Below are positions 51,851 through 64,000 of a DNA stretch of 64,000 bases, one piece after another. The stretch lies in assembly GCA_951406725.2 (NCBI GenBank), contig OX597838.1, forward strand, positions 1,426,001 to 1,490,000. Direction: 5' to 3'. How positions within the stretch are numbered: the first letter of the stretch is position 1; each line of letters opens with the position of its first letter. The stretch is from Octopus vulgaris (taxonomy: Eukaryota). The notes under the pieces are model-generated. The model saw nothing but the letters and a program-made list of their open reading frames with translations, was not told the DNA's origin and ran no database searches. Made by a program: the position numbers and the translations under genes.

Positions 51851-53058
51851 GGGAACAGAAATACCAAAATTACACACTGTTTCTTTGTGGATGACTTGAA
51901 GCAAAGAATATGCATGAGATGAAAAAGTGCCTTGACCTAGTTATAACATTCTCAAAGGATGCAGGGTTGGAGTTTCGTCAGGATAAATGCTGTTATATGG
52001 TTGTAAAAAAAAGAAAAACAATAAAGCAAACTAGCAACATCTCCATCAATGTTTTGACTACTTCCCCGATATCTGACGAGGAATGTTACAGGTATCTAGG
52101 GGTGGATGAAAACATATCTTGCAATGGCACTTATAACAAAACACGCGTCACTAAAGAGTATTACAGGCGAATGAAGAAAACTTGGACCTCTGAACTCTCT
52201 GCATTCACTAAAACTGTGGCCCACAATGTGTTTGCAGTGCTAGTACTGATGCCAACATTTGGACTGCTTGATTGGACGTTTGATGAGATCTGAGCCATTG
52301 ATGTGAAAACCCGAAAAATACTAACAAGCACACAATATTCCCACATAAACAGTGACATAGACCGCCTCTACCTAAAACGAAAACAAGGCGGAAGAGGCCT
52401 TTGAATGTCATATCATATCTCTTCGGCAACATCTTTTAACCACCAAGTGTCGAAGTACATCCCTTGACCAAGTTTGCCTACATGAGGCTGATAACATCAT
52501 AAGACTTGGAAGGCAGCTCCTTCAGCAACATTCTTTGTCTGATAACCTAGAATACATACCCAAAGAAGTTGCACGACTCTACCGCAACGTATCATCAGAT
52601 GAAAGGATGAACCTATATGAGCAGAAGACTGCATGGATTTGCTAGTATAAAGCTCCGAGATGATAGTAACATCGATCATCAAAGCAGTTTATCATGGACC
52701 AATATCCGGATTACTATCTCCCACTTTGAAGGTTATGCGTTTGCAATCTAGGAACAGGAAATACCAAGCAAGTACTTGATGCACAAAAAAGGACAGAGAT
52801 ACAGGAAAAGCAGTAAAATGTGACAACTGATGCAGACTTTGTGGAGTTAACATCGAAGATATCCCCCAGATCATAAGCAGTTGTCTGAAAATGTCATTAC
52901 GGTATTATCTGCCGATGAGACATGATGCTGTAGCTAGGACACTCTCTTATGAAATACGTCGGAAAGATAACCCTGAGGAAAAAGAAATAAAAACCCACAA
53001 TATGGTAGCAGCTATAATAAAAAGGAATACTGGTGGAATGTCCCAATGAAGACCTCAA
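51851..53058 (+). pseudogene. R4/Dong-clade LINE fragment (RT catalytic motif to CCHC)
   Basis: KITHCFFVDDLK, LDLVITFSKDAGLEFRQDKC, YRYLGVDE, KEYYRRMKKTWTSELS, FGLLDWT, DVKTRKIL, SDIDRLYLKRKQGGRGL, HFEGYAFAI*EQEI, CRLC..EDIPQIISSC, RHDAVA. Many stops and frameshifts. Confidence 0.92.
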
Positions 53059-53059
53059 T

Positions 53060-53960
53060 AACCTTTCTCAGTTAATGTCCTTAACGGACATTGGTGCATG
53101 GATCAAGCGGAGGTCTAAAATGGGGGAATGGCATTCGGAGTGCCGTCAAGCACTTCAGCTACTCTCTCGGGAAGGCAATGCCGGCAACAGGAGTTCCACC
53201 GCGGATTTCTATATTTATGTCTGAAGACGCCTTGGGAGAGGCCCTAGGCTACGATGAAAATCAGTTGGTCAACTTGTTCAGGTGAACGTTCGGGCCGACG
53301 TATCTGGATAATTACCAGAAATCCTTGGCCTGGCAGTGTTTCCGTGCGGCGTTACCTGTTCGTGATAAGCTGTCAAGGCACGGAGGTGCCGTCTCGCCGA
53401 CATACCCGCGATGTAACGCAGGATAAGGAAACCGTCTTGCACGCATTCTTGGAATGTCCGGAGTTAACGGGACTGATAGCTTTCTCCGAACAACTGTTGT
53501 CAGTGATGGGAAGAGTACAGCTGTCGGCTGAGTATCATTGAGATTGTGCCACCTCCTTTCCTCATATGGGAAAGGAAGGCTTGTTTTTCCTGCGTAGTAG
53601 CCACACTGAAAGAAACAGCATGGAAGATGCGTATGAAAAGGTATAGTGACAGGTACCTTCGTCTCCGGCCAGGTGTTGGTCAACTTTTTTAGTTACCACT
53701 TCGGTAGTAACATAGATCAGGCTGGAGAAAAGGTGTCTGTCACGAGATAAGTTTGTGAAAAGATGGAAGCCTGTGGTATGCAAGCTGGGTTTGATTGGTA
53801 CCAGGTAGAGACCGGATTAAGAAGTAAAGGCTCTACTCCGATGGCTGGGTGCCTGTCCTTCTAGTTATTGTGATTTAAAAAAATTTTGGAATTTTTATTG
53901 CAAACTCAGTGTATATTATTTCGTTCGCTTCATTGTAATTTTACTTGTAATTTTTGAAAC
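53060..53960 (+). pseudogene. L1/Tx1-like LINE ORF2 C-terminal (zf-RVT-like) fragment plus 3'UTR
   Basis: WHSECRQAL, QKSLAWQCFRAALPVRDKLSRHG..PRC, QDKETVLHAFLECP, IRLEKRCLSRDKFVKRW, followed by a T-rich 3'UTR. Confidence 0.8.
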
Positions 53961-54147
53961 GTTAAAGCTTCTTACACTTTGTGTTTGTCTGTCCCTGTTT
54001 GTCCCCTCTGTGTAATGCCTTAAATGGCAAATTTAATTTGCTTCCCAACAACATGGTTCTGGGTTCAATTCCACTGCGTGGCATATATATACACACACAC
54101 ACACACACATTTATGTATATATAAATAGGTGCGTATATATGTATGCA

Positions 54148-54186
<39 letters not shown>

Positions 54187-54751
54187 GTAGAGAGAGGGAG
54201 TATACATAATCCACTCTCCTTTTCTTTTCCAATATATTTTACAAGTCTTGTATCTGACGCTAAATGTTTGATAAATACCGCCTGTTTCTGTTGTTGTTGT
54301 GTTGATGTTGGTGATGGCGGTGTTGTTTGCATTGTTTATTAGAGACATCGCTGGCGTTGGCGATGCTGGAATTGATGCAGTCATTGCTGTTGTGGTCGGT
54401 GGTGGTGAGGTTGTACTTGTTGGTGTGGTCGTTGTCGTTGATGTTGTTGTTGTTGTTGTTGGTGTTGTTGGTGGTGTTGGGAGAATTGTTTTGGCTGGTG
54501 GCGAGGTTGGTGCTGTGGCATTTTGGTGTTATTGTGTCTGTTGTTTGTAGTATTGGAGGTAGTGTTACTGCAGAACGTTGCTGTTGTACACGAAGATGTT
54601 GGTGAGGGTAGTGGTGGTGATGGCGTTCATGTTACGGGTGTAGTTTCTACCGCGCCTGGGTGGGGAGAGAATTTCACAATTTGTTAGTACACTTGGACAG
54701 TGTAATGTTGGGAAATAGAAGAGCTTGTGTGTTTGTGTGTGTGAGAGAGAG

Positions 54752-54796
<45 letters not shown>

Positions 54797-55601
54797 GTAT
54801 GTATGTGTGTGTGAGAGAGAGAGAGAGTGTGAGGTATGTGTATGTGTGAGTGTGAGCAAGTATACACAATATATATGAGATTATCAGATGGATGTGGAGA
54901 TGGATGTGTTTGTGTGTGTATTGGAGTATGATGACGTTGTATTAAGAGTGTACTGTGTATGCGCTTGTGCGTGTGTGTTTGTGTGCCTTTGTATACATTT
55001 GTGTGTATGTGTGTGCATTGTCTGTGCGAACAAGCGCACGCGCTAATTCGCCGGTGCGCGCGCGAATTTATATTTTTGTATGTTTGTGTGAATGTGTGTG
55101 TACTGATTGCAATCACTTTGTTTAGGTTGATACAGTGCATTAAATATAGTAGTAGTAGTAGTAGTAGTGGTAGTAGTGGTAGTAGCATCAGCAGCAGCAT
55201 CAGCGTTGGTAGTAAATGCGTTGTTGTGACGTGTATTGCTAATATTGGTCGGTATGGCGGTAGATTTTGGGTAGATAGGGTGGCTTGTGGATTGTTATGG
55301 GGTAGATAAACACACAGACAGGCACACACACACATTTATGTATATATACACACATATATATTTATATTTACATGCTCATATATGGCTGTATATATGTATA
55401 TATAACCAGATGGACACATAGATATGCATAAAATACATTTAGAGAAATACAAAGATATATTGATAAATAAATGGGGGAGGAGAAAGATGGAGGGGAGAGA
55501 AAGGAAGGAAGAAAGGAAGGAAGAAAGAAAGAGACGTGAAATACTTGAGCAAATAAGGGAAGTGAAAGTGTTTGTGAAAAGCTAACGCAAGGAAAAAAGC
55601 A

Positions 55602-55648
<47 letters not shown>

Positions 55649-55854
55649 AAGATGAGGGAAGCGGGTAGAGAGGGAGAAAGTTTGAATAGAAGAGAAAGGG
55701 AAAGATAGAAAATAAAGCGTGAGTTAGGAACAGCCTAGTAGCGAAACAGCAACCTAGAGAGTTCCGGCTGCTTACGTAACAACCAGGTCACTTAGGAATT
55801 AGGTTAAGTAATATGGCACCTCGTGATATCCAAGGACACTGCAACCTGATCCTA

Positions 55855-56388
55855 TACATACATACATACATACATGCATACATACATACATACATACATA
55901 CATACATACATACATACATACATACATACATACATACATACGTACGTACATACATACATACATACATACATACATACATACATACATACATACATACATA
56001 CGTACGTACATACATACATACATACATACATACATACATACATACATACATACATACATACATACATGCATACATACATACATACATACATACATACATA
56101 CATACGTACGTACGTACATACATACATACATACATACATACATGCATACATACATGCATGCATGCATACATACATACATACACACATACATACATACACA
56201 CAAACATACATACATACATACATACATACATACGTAAATACATGCCTACATACATACATGCATGCATGCATGCATACATACATACATACATACATACATA
56301 CATACATACAAACATACATACATACATACATACATACATACATACAAACATACATACATACAAACATACATACATACATACACATACA

Positions 56389-56420
<32 letters not shown>

Positions 56421-56885
56421 CATACATACAAACATACATACATACATACATACATACAAACATACAAACATACATACATACAAACATACATACATACATA
56501 CATACATACATACATACATACATACATACATACATACATACATACATACATACGTACATACATACATACATACATACATACATACATACATACATACATA
56601 CATACATACATACATACATACATACATACATACATACATACATACAAACATACATACATACATACATACATACATACATACACACAAACATACATACATA
56701 CAAACATACATACATACATACGTAAATACATACCTACATACATACATACATACATACATACACACATACATACATACATACATACATACATACGTAAATA
56801 CATACCTACATACATACATGCATGCATGCATGTATACATACATACATACATACATACATACATACATACATACATACATACATGC
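55855..56885. repeat. ~1-kb (TACA)n array with variant units
   Basis: Directly visible, with TACG, TGCA and AACA variants. It is the source of the 213-430 aa MYVC/HTYI ORFs. Confidence 0.98.
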
Positions 56886-56981
56886 ATTTATCACACACAC
56901 ACTTATGTGTGTATGTCATATTGTTACTTGTATTCACATCTTGCAGGTTTGTGTGTTTGTGCATATCAATGCACGCGTAGT

Positions 56982-57039
<58 letters not shown>

Positions 57040-57771
57040 ATGTGTGTGTGTGTGTGCGTGCGTGCGTGTGTGTGTGTGTGTGCGTGTGTGCGCAGAGGTA
57101 TTTGAATATTCTATTGGAATATATACGATAGATTATGCATGTATAAATATAAACTTGTCAGTGTATATTTAAATCAAGTTCATATCACTGCCATGAATGT
57201 AAATGTATGTATGTATGTACGTATGTATGTGTGTATGTATGTATGTATGTGTATGTATGTACGACTCTGTGTCTGTATGTATGACTGTATGTGGATGATT
57301 GTGTGTATATGTGTGTATGCATGCATGCATGTGTAGATGTATGTGCGTCTGTGTACGCGCATATTGACATACACAAACCTGCACACGTGTACATAGATAC
57401 ATACATGAATATATGTTAAATAGATGCACATATACATATGTTCCTCTTCCTCTTTCTCTCTCTTTTTCTGAAACACACACGTATACACACACACACACTG
57501 ACACACACTCACACACACAGACACACACACTCACACACACTCTCACACACACACTCACAGAAATGGAGTTTCTTGCATGAATGCAATCCATGCAGTGCAT
57601 AACTAAGATGTATAAATGAATGCAAATAACAAATCCAATTCTAATATGAATCTCGGATCTTTATGAGAGACAGCTGGAACTAAGACAACATACATGTTAC
57701 ATTTACCCTCCATCTCCCTTTCTCTCTCTCTCTCTCTCCCTTTCATATACACATATATAAGATATGTATAC

Positions 57772-57849
<78 letters not shown>

Positions 57850-58242
57850 ACAGTGATAAAAAGAAAACTAGAACATCGCAGTTAGAAGCATAAATATCAA
57901 TATGAACATCTACAAAGACATTGGTTACCTTTAAAGCATTTAATCGTTTTGATATTTCAGGTATAAAATTCTGTAATTTCAGTCTGTAATTTGTTCTTGC
58001 AAATTAGTACCTTAATTTCCTCCACTGAACAGACGAGGTTCTTTGAATTATACAAGCACAAGGCCACCGTACTACGCGAAACTCATTCATTTTCTCTTTA
58101 GCTTTGGAAAGTTATTTGAAATTCGAAATATCAGATTCATGGAATACTTTTTTCGGTTGCAGAGCAAAATTCTTCACCTTGTTTTCATTGATGTTCCTCC
58201 TTCAACGAATATATATATTCGTTCTAGAAAATTACAACACTC

Positions 58243-58405
<163 letters not shown>

Positions 58406-59757
58406 AATCAGTGTGTGTGTGTGTGTGTCTGTGTGTGCACGTACGCACGCGTGTAAGTTAACTAATGCAGGAATCATACGAGGGCTGCTTCATCCTCGGA
58501 AGGTGCAGACTGATTCTCCAATTTTTCAGGCTTATATAACATGGCTATTCAGCAAGAAAATACCAGAGAAAACTTGATGAATCGCAGTAAGAGAAAGTGG
58601 AGGTAGAGAGCAGAGTAGAGTAGAAGTCATCTGAACGTGCGACATAACAATAACAGAAATTTGTCGAGATGTATACATCTCGTAAATATCTCTGACCTCT
58701 AGTTTCGAAAGTACGTGTAGTTGTTTGATCTTATAAGGACGTGTAAACTTTCTATTCACACCAAGTGTCTTAAGAAAGGAAGAAGTATATATATATATAT
58801 ATAGATGTATAATAGCGACAACAACAATGAACATCAATAACAATCCCAACAGCAGTGAAACCATGAACAAAATCCAACGAGCGTGTCCAGCTCTGTAGGA
58901 AAACAACAACAACAACATAAATATCAAGAACCTCAGCAAATGCAACAACTACAAAAATGAAAACAATAACAACAAACAACAGCAACAAAAATAGTATCAA
59001 CAACAACAAGACCAATAGCAACAGCAACATCTTTCTCCTTTCCTCCTCCTCCTCCTCCTCCCCTTCTTCATCATCATCACCAGCATCAACATCAACCCCA
59101 ACGAATGACAGCAGCAACAACAACAACAACATCAACCATACAGTTTGCTATTAAGTGAGTGCGAAAGGTCCCTATTTGCTGTTCTTTGAAAATTCCAAAT
59201 ATAGATTGGAACATTATTATGAATTCATGAAATAGCGTTCAGCTTTGATTAATAATTTTAGTTAATTATCTATTTAGATAATTGCAATCAATTGTTTCAT
59301 TGATCAATCGGTTACAAATGAGGAACGCCATTGAAGCTTCTTTCTAGCGAGTCAATATGACGACGCAGTTTCGATTTTCGGTTTAAACGGGATGCTTTCA
59401 TTTACACTGCTGGGGCTACGGGGGAATGCATCCCTTTTTATTCGTTCTTAGAAATATCAGACCTTGATCTTGAGACCAAGGAAGGCTAGTAGCAATTTGG
59501 GTGCAAATTCCAGATACGCAATCAAGTAGTAGAATTAGTATTAGTATTAGTAGTAGTAGTAGTTTACTCTCAGGTCAGTCATGGTAGAAACCTATGATCA
59601 AAGATTTTCCAGTCGTGTCGACATCATACTTTTAGGAATGGTAAATCTAGGACTACATTACTCAATGTATTTTTCTTTTTAGACAGCAGGAAGATTTACC
59701 TGCCATAATTAGCATATCGAGCGTCCGCGTTAAAAATCACAGTCTCGTTTGTGTTGA

Positions 59758-59807
<50 letters not shown>

Positions 59808-60572
59808 AGAAAAATATGAGGATTACAACATGATGTTTGTTTATCAAAGATAAATATTAGCCAATATGTATTTACTGAGGATATCATTTGTCAACTAAAT
59901 ACTTGACGCTGTGTCTGGATTCTCAGTCAACGCCATCTCTAAATGGATAGTATAAAATAAAGCAATTAACTATTAGTAAATGTTTAATGAAAGATGCTTC
60001 GCGAATTATTTACTTATTTCGTGAGGCACACTTTCAACGTTAATCGATTCATACTTTTTTGTTTTCGTTCTGGTTAAAGAAGGGAGAGTTCTCTGTTGTA
60101 GACATTACACCTATCCAGGATGTGATTTCTTCTCTCCTTCCTTTAACGTTACAAATCCGGAATTACGAGCTCTTCAACATTAACTTTCCAACATCATTCT
60201 TCATCCAGCACACTCACATTTAAAGTGGGACCTTTTTAAGTGCAGCTTTATTAATGTTCATTCTGCATATAGACATTACCGTAAATCCGGCCTCCGTCTT
60301 CGGGGTGGAGAGATTGGCATCCATTATTAATTGCATATTCTTGACTTTTTGCACCCTCTATCTGCCAACATTAGAACTATTACATAATTCAGAGTACCCA
60401 GAAACAGCTGTCGGACCTAAAATACTATACCCTTTCCCATTAGTGTTCTGTATCTTTCGTACTCCATATAAATCTGTTCTGTAAATATATGAATATCTAT
60501 ACGCTTGTACATGAATACTCATCTGAATATTTTCAGTTTTTTGGTTCTTACTCTACATATTCCTATATATGA

Positions 60573-60805
60573 GGAGGCGCAATGGTCCAGTGGTTAGGGC
60601 AGTGGACTCGCGGTCGTAGGATCGCGGTTTCGATTCCCAGACCGGACGTTGTGAAAAGACCTAAAACACCAAAAAGACGAGCGAACACATCTAAAAAGCT
60701 CCACGAGGCTCTGGCAGTGGGTGGTGGTGAACCTTGCTGTACTCTCTCACCACAACTTCTTCTCACTCTTTTCTTCCTGTTTCTGTTGGACCTGCATTTC
60801 AAATC
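60573..60805 (+). mobile_element. Family C tRNA-derived SINE, 5' part
   Basis: GGAGGCGCAATGGTCCAGTGGTTAGGGCAGTGGACTCGCGGTCGTAGGATCGCGGTTTCGATTCCC, with A-box at 60583 and B-box at 60627. The acceptor stem is not closed, so it is not a tRNA gene. Confidence 0.85.
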
Positions 60806-60914
60806 TACCATACCCCGTGGACTGAGTCCTCGATAAAGATTTCGGACTGTAGGTTGAGTTTCTCTGTATCACATCTGCTGATTCTCTGCCCCCCTCTCTC
60901 TCTTTCTCTCTCTG

Positions 60915-60960
<46 letters not shown>

Positions 60961-61614
60961 GAGTAGTAGAAATGTTGGACTCAGAGAATCATGATGTATG
61001 CTACGAAGTAATCACTTGGAAAAGATAAATCCATATTCCCTTCTCGCACCTCCTGAATGCCAAAAGGGAGATTATGGGGTTGTGTTTATAATTTGGATTG
61101 CAATATTTGTTATGCTCTTTGCTTAAATTCCATCCAGGGGAAACTTGGTTTTCCATCCCTTCGGCTTTCATAAAAAACTCGTCGAGGATGGTGGAATGGA
61201 GGAGTTCTTAAAACTGGACAAAAGTCTTTGAAGCATTTCGCTCCTTCGATTTGAGTAGTGGTCACGGTCATGGTAGTCAGTGTCTATGGTGATGGTCGTG
61301 GCGGTGGTGGTGATATGGTAATTGTTACTGTTGAAGATTATGGTGGTGGTTGTTGTGGTGGTTGTTGCTTTGGTGGTGGTGGCTTGGTGGGACTGTTTAG
61401 GTGATAGTGGTTGTGGTAGTAGTGCGATTGTTGCTGATGTTGTTGGGGTGGAGGTGGTGTTGGTGGCAGTAGTTGCAGTCTTCATCTCAGACTCACGTGA
61501 CATCAGAAACAGAAATGACAGACAGCAAGAATCGATGCGGAGACATCTAAATGCAAATATAACATTAACGTAGATGGCTTGGTTTCTATCACGTGGGGTA
61601 CACCATCAAAACAA

Positions 61615-62095
61615 CCATCACCACCGCCGCCACCACCGCCACCACCATCGCTACCACCACCACCACCACCACCACCACACCACTGCCGCCACCTCTGCCG
61701 CCACCTCTGCCACCACCTCTGCCACCACCGCCACTACCACTACCGCCACCACCACTACCGCCGCCGCCACCACACCACCACCGCCGCTACTGCCACAACT
61801 GCCACCACCACCACCATTACCACCACTGCCACCACCACCACCACCACCACAACCGCCGCCACCACTACCGCCGCCGCCGCCACCACCACCACCACCACCC
61901 ACCACCACCACCACCACCACCACTGCCAACACCCCACCACCACCACCACCGCCGCTACGACGACCACCACTGCCTTCGCCACCACCACCGCCGCCGCTAC
62001 CCCCACCACTGCCTCCACCACCGCCAACACCACCACCATCATTACCACCAACAACAACAGCACCACCGCCACCACCACCACTACCACCACCACCT
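61615..62095. repeat. Degenerate (ACC/GCC/ACT)n trinucleotide array
   Basis: Directly visible. All frames give poly-P, H, T, G or V. Confidence 0.95.
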
Positions 62096-62611
62096 TTCAC
62101 ATCTCTATAGGTTTTTCTTTCTCTATATGATTGTGTGTAGGTGCGCGCGCGCATGTGTGTGTCTGTGTGTCTTTGTCTGTGTACATATATATATGTATAC
62201 GCTCACTGGCAGACTCACACACATAGGTTATTACGAGCGTGGAATGATGTTTAATGAGCGTACGTGTTTTAGAAGTAAGGATGTGATCCATTTTTGTTAC
62301 TATTTGGTGAAGGAGGGCAACACCATAACCGTCTCTTCTTCAGGTGTTTCCTGATCAGACTCAGGGAAAGAAAAAGAACTTATCGTCACGCCGGAAATAT
62401 GTTCTGAACGTTTACACGAGAGGAGCAGCCATGAGCCAGGTGGTGGGGATGGTGGGGTAGATCACTAAGCAACACACACACACATACTACAATATGCAAA
62501 TACGCACCGACAGACCCACATATCGCATACTCATTATACACAAACGCACACATGCCACATATATACTAAGCATATACGTACATACAAAACACACACGCAC
62601 GCACACACACA

Positions 62612-62654
<43 letters not shown>

Positions 62655-63294
62655 GGCAGGCGTCGTTCATCCCTTTCTCTCTGCTAAAGTTCACTTTCTT
62701 GACAGGAACCCCGCTCGTCACAATTCACTAAACAGACACACACAAACACTCGGCAACTATAACAACCTACTCATCACCTGTTCGTAACACATGAACGCAC
62801 ATCTCCCACACGTTCACTCACTAAACACTTACACATAACGAAACATACACACATACACACACAAACTTGATAAAAGTCTCTCGATATAGTCTTCACACAT
62901 CCTAACATGAAAACAAAACATTGTTAACGCATCAATAGTTTTGTGAAGAAACGCGCTTTCAAGAAAGTGTTGTTTATGCAAATTAGTCTCTCCAGTTTAG
63001 TTCAGCCCTTAGGACGTATTATAGCTTTATAAGCAGTGTCTCCATTGAGAGATAAAGAAAGATACTACTCGATCATTGGTGAATTCTCAATGCAGGCAAG
63101 ATCTTTACGAATGTTTGTACATAAAGTATTGAGCAAAAATCAAAACATATATTCTCTAGTTTATCATTGCAGCAAAACACTGCCATCACAGTTTATATAC
63201 GTGTGTGTGTGTGTGTGAGAGACATACACATTTATTTATGTAATTATTTACATAAATATTTATATATTTATGTAAAGAGGATAGAGATCATTCG

Positions 63295-63478
63295 CAAGTC
63301 ATATAGACTTCAAGGACAAATTCCTCTCTGGAAAGGAACGTTGGTCCGTTGCAGGATTACTCATTTTTGCCAGCTGAGTCGAGTGGTGTAACGTGAAATG
63401 AAGTGTTTTGCTCAAGAAAAGGAATCGAAACCAAACTCCTACGATCATGACTGAAACACAAAAGCACGCGTCTTCACT
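63295..63478 (-). mobile_element. Family D SINE (degenerate)
   Basis: GGTCCGTTGCAGGATTACTCATTTTTGCCAGCTGAGT..AACGTGAAATGAAGTGTTTTGCTCAAGAA..GGAATCGAAACC is colinear with 13560-13690. Confidence 0.8.
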
Positions 63479-63491
63479 ATATATATATTAT

Positions 63492-63692
63492 GTGAAAGCG
63501 CATGGCTTAGTGGTTTGGGTGTTGCTCTCAAGATTGCAAGATCGTGGTTGTGTTCTTGGACAAAGCACTTCATTTCACGTTGCTTTGCGATCATTTCATC
63601 GTCTGACATGTGGCACACGGTGCATCTGTACAGGTAATGTCGATTTGATGGAGGGAGTGAGCTCATGTCTACACAAACCTTTGATCACAATA
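63492..63692 (+). mobile_element. Family D-head SINE with another tail
   Basis: GTGAAAGCGCATGGCTTAGTGGTT A-box, GTTGTGTTCTTGGACAAAGCACTTCATTTCACGTTGCT core, then a unique tail. Confidence 0.8.
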
Positions 63693-63729
63693 AAGAAATC
63701 TATAAATCTCTATATATAAATCTATATAA

Positions 63730-63834
<105 letters not shown>

Positions 63835-64000
63835 AAATGGAAGACGGAAAATGGAATATACGAGAAATTTTTTATTAATCACGACCATCGTTTCGACACA
63901 TCTAGCATCGGTTCCTCTGTTGTGGGAGACACTCAGCAACTGGTTCAGGAGCATCCGGTGGTGCAGATGTATTTCGTCGGGTGGTAAATAAATATAACCC

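Noticed and set aside
55788-57131. Longest ORFs (213-430 aa, MYVC/HTYI repeats) and all similar YI/HT/VC ORFs
   Set aside because: They are translations of (TACA)n, (TA)n and (CA)n, which are stop-free in several frames on both strands.
60573-60645. Possible tRNA gene
   Set aside because: A and B boxes are present, but there is no closed acceptor stem and it continues into a SINE body.
61574-62354. Formin- or mucin-like poly-P/H/T ORFs
   Set aside because: All three plus frames and two minus frames are open because of the (ACC)n composition.

Overview
AT-rich, extremely microsatellite-dense eukaryotic DNA. I infer a coleoid cephalopod, most likely Octopus, from the (TA)/(CA)/(TACA)/(ATCT) load and the tRNA-derived SINE families. 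No intact host protein-coding gene is supportable, and almost all ORFs in the track are translations of simple repeats. The window is a layered transposon graveyard. It holds about 20 SINE copies from 4 or more families with shuffled head/core/tail modules, non-LTR retrotransposon fragments (Hero, R4/Dong x3, L1/Tx1-like ORF1 and ORF2, CR1-group, RTE-like 5'UTR), a Penelope-like RT/GIY-YIG remnant with several pLTR-like pieces, and mariner, maT-like and hAT-like DNA transposon remnants. The most notable signals are self-cleaving ribozyme folds inside repeats: an HDV-like double-pseudoknot candidate at the 5' end of an RTE-like element (30555-30632) and minimal hammerheads, the best at 42424-42465. 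Also notable are a SINE dimer inside one 16-bp TSD and several long fold-back palindromes. All family assignments come from motif recognition by eye, not database searches.
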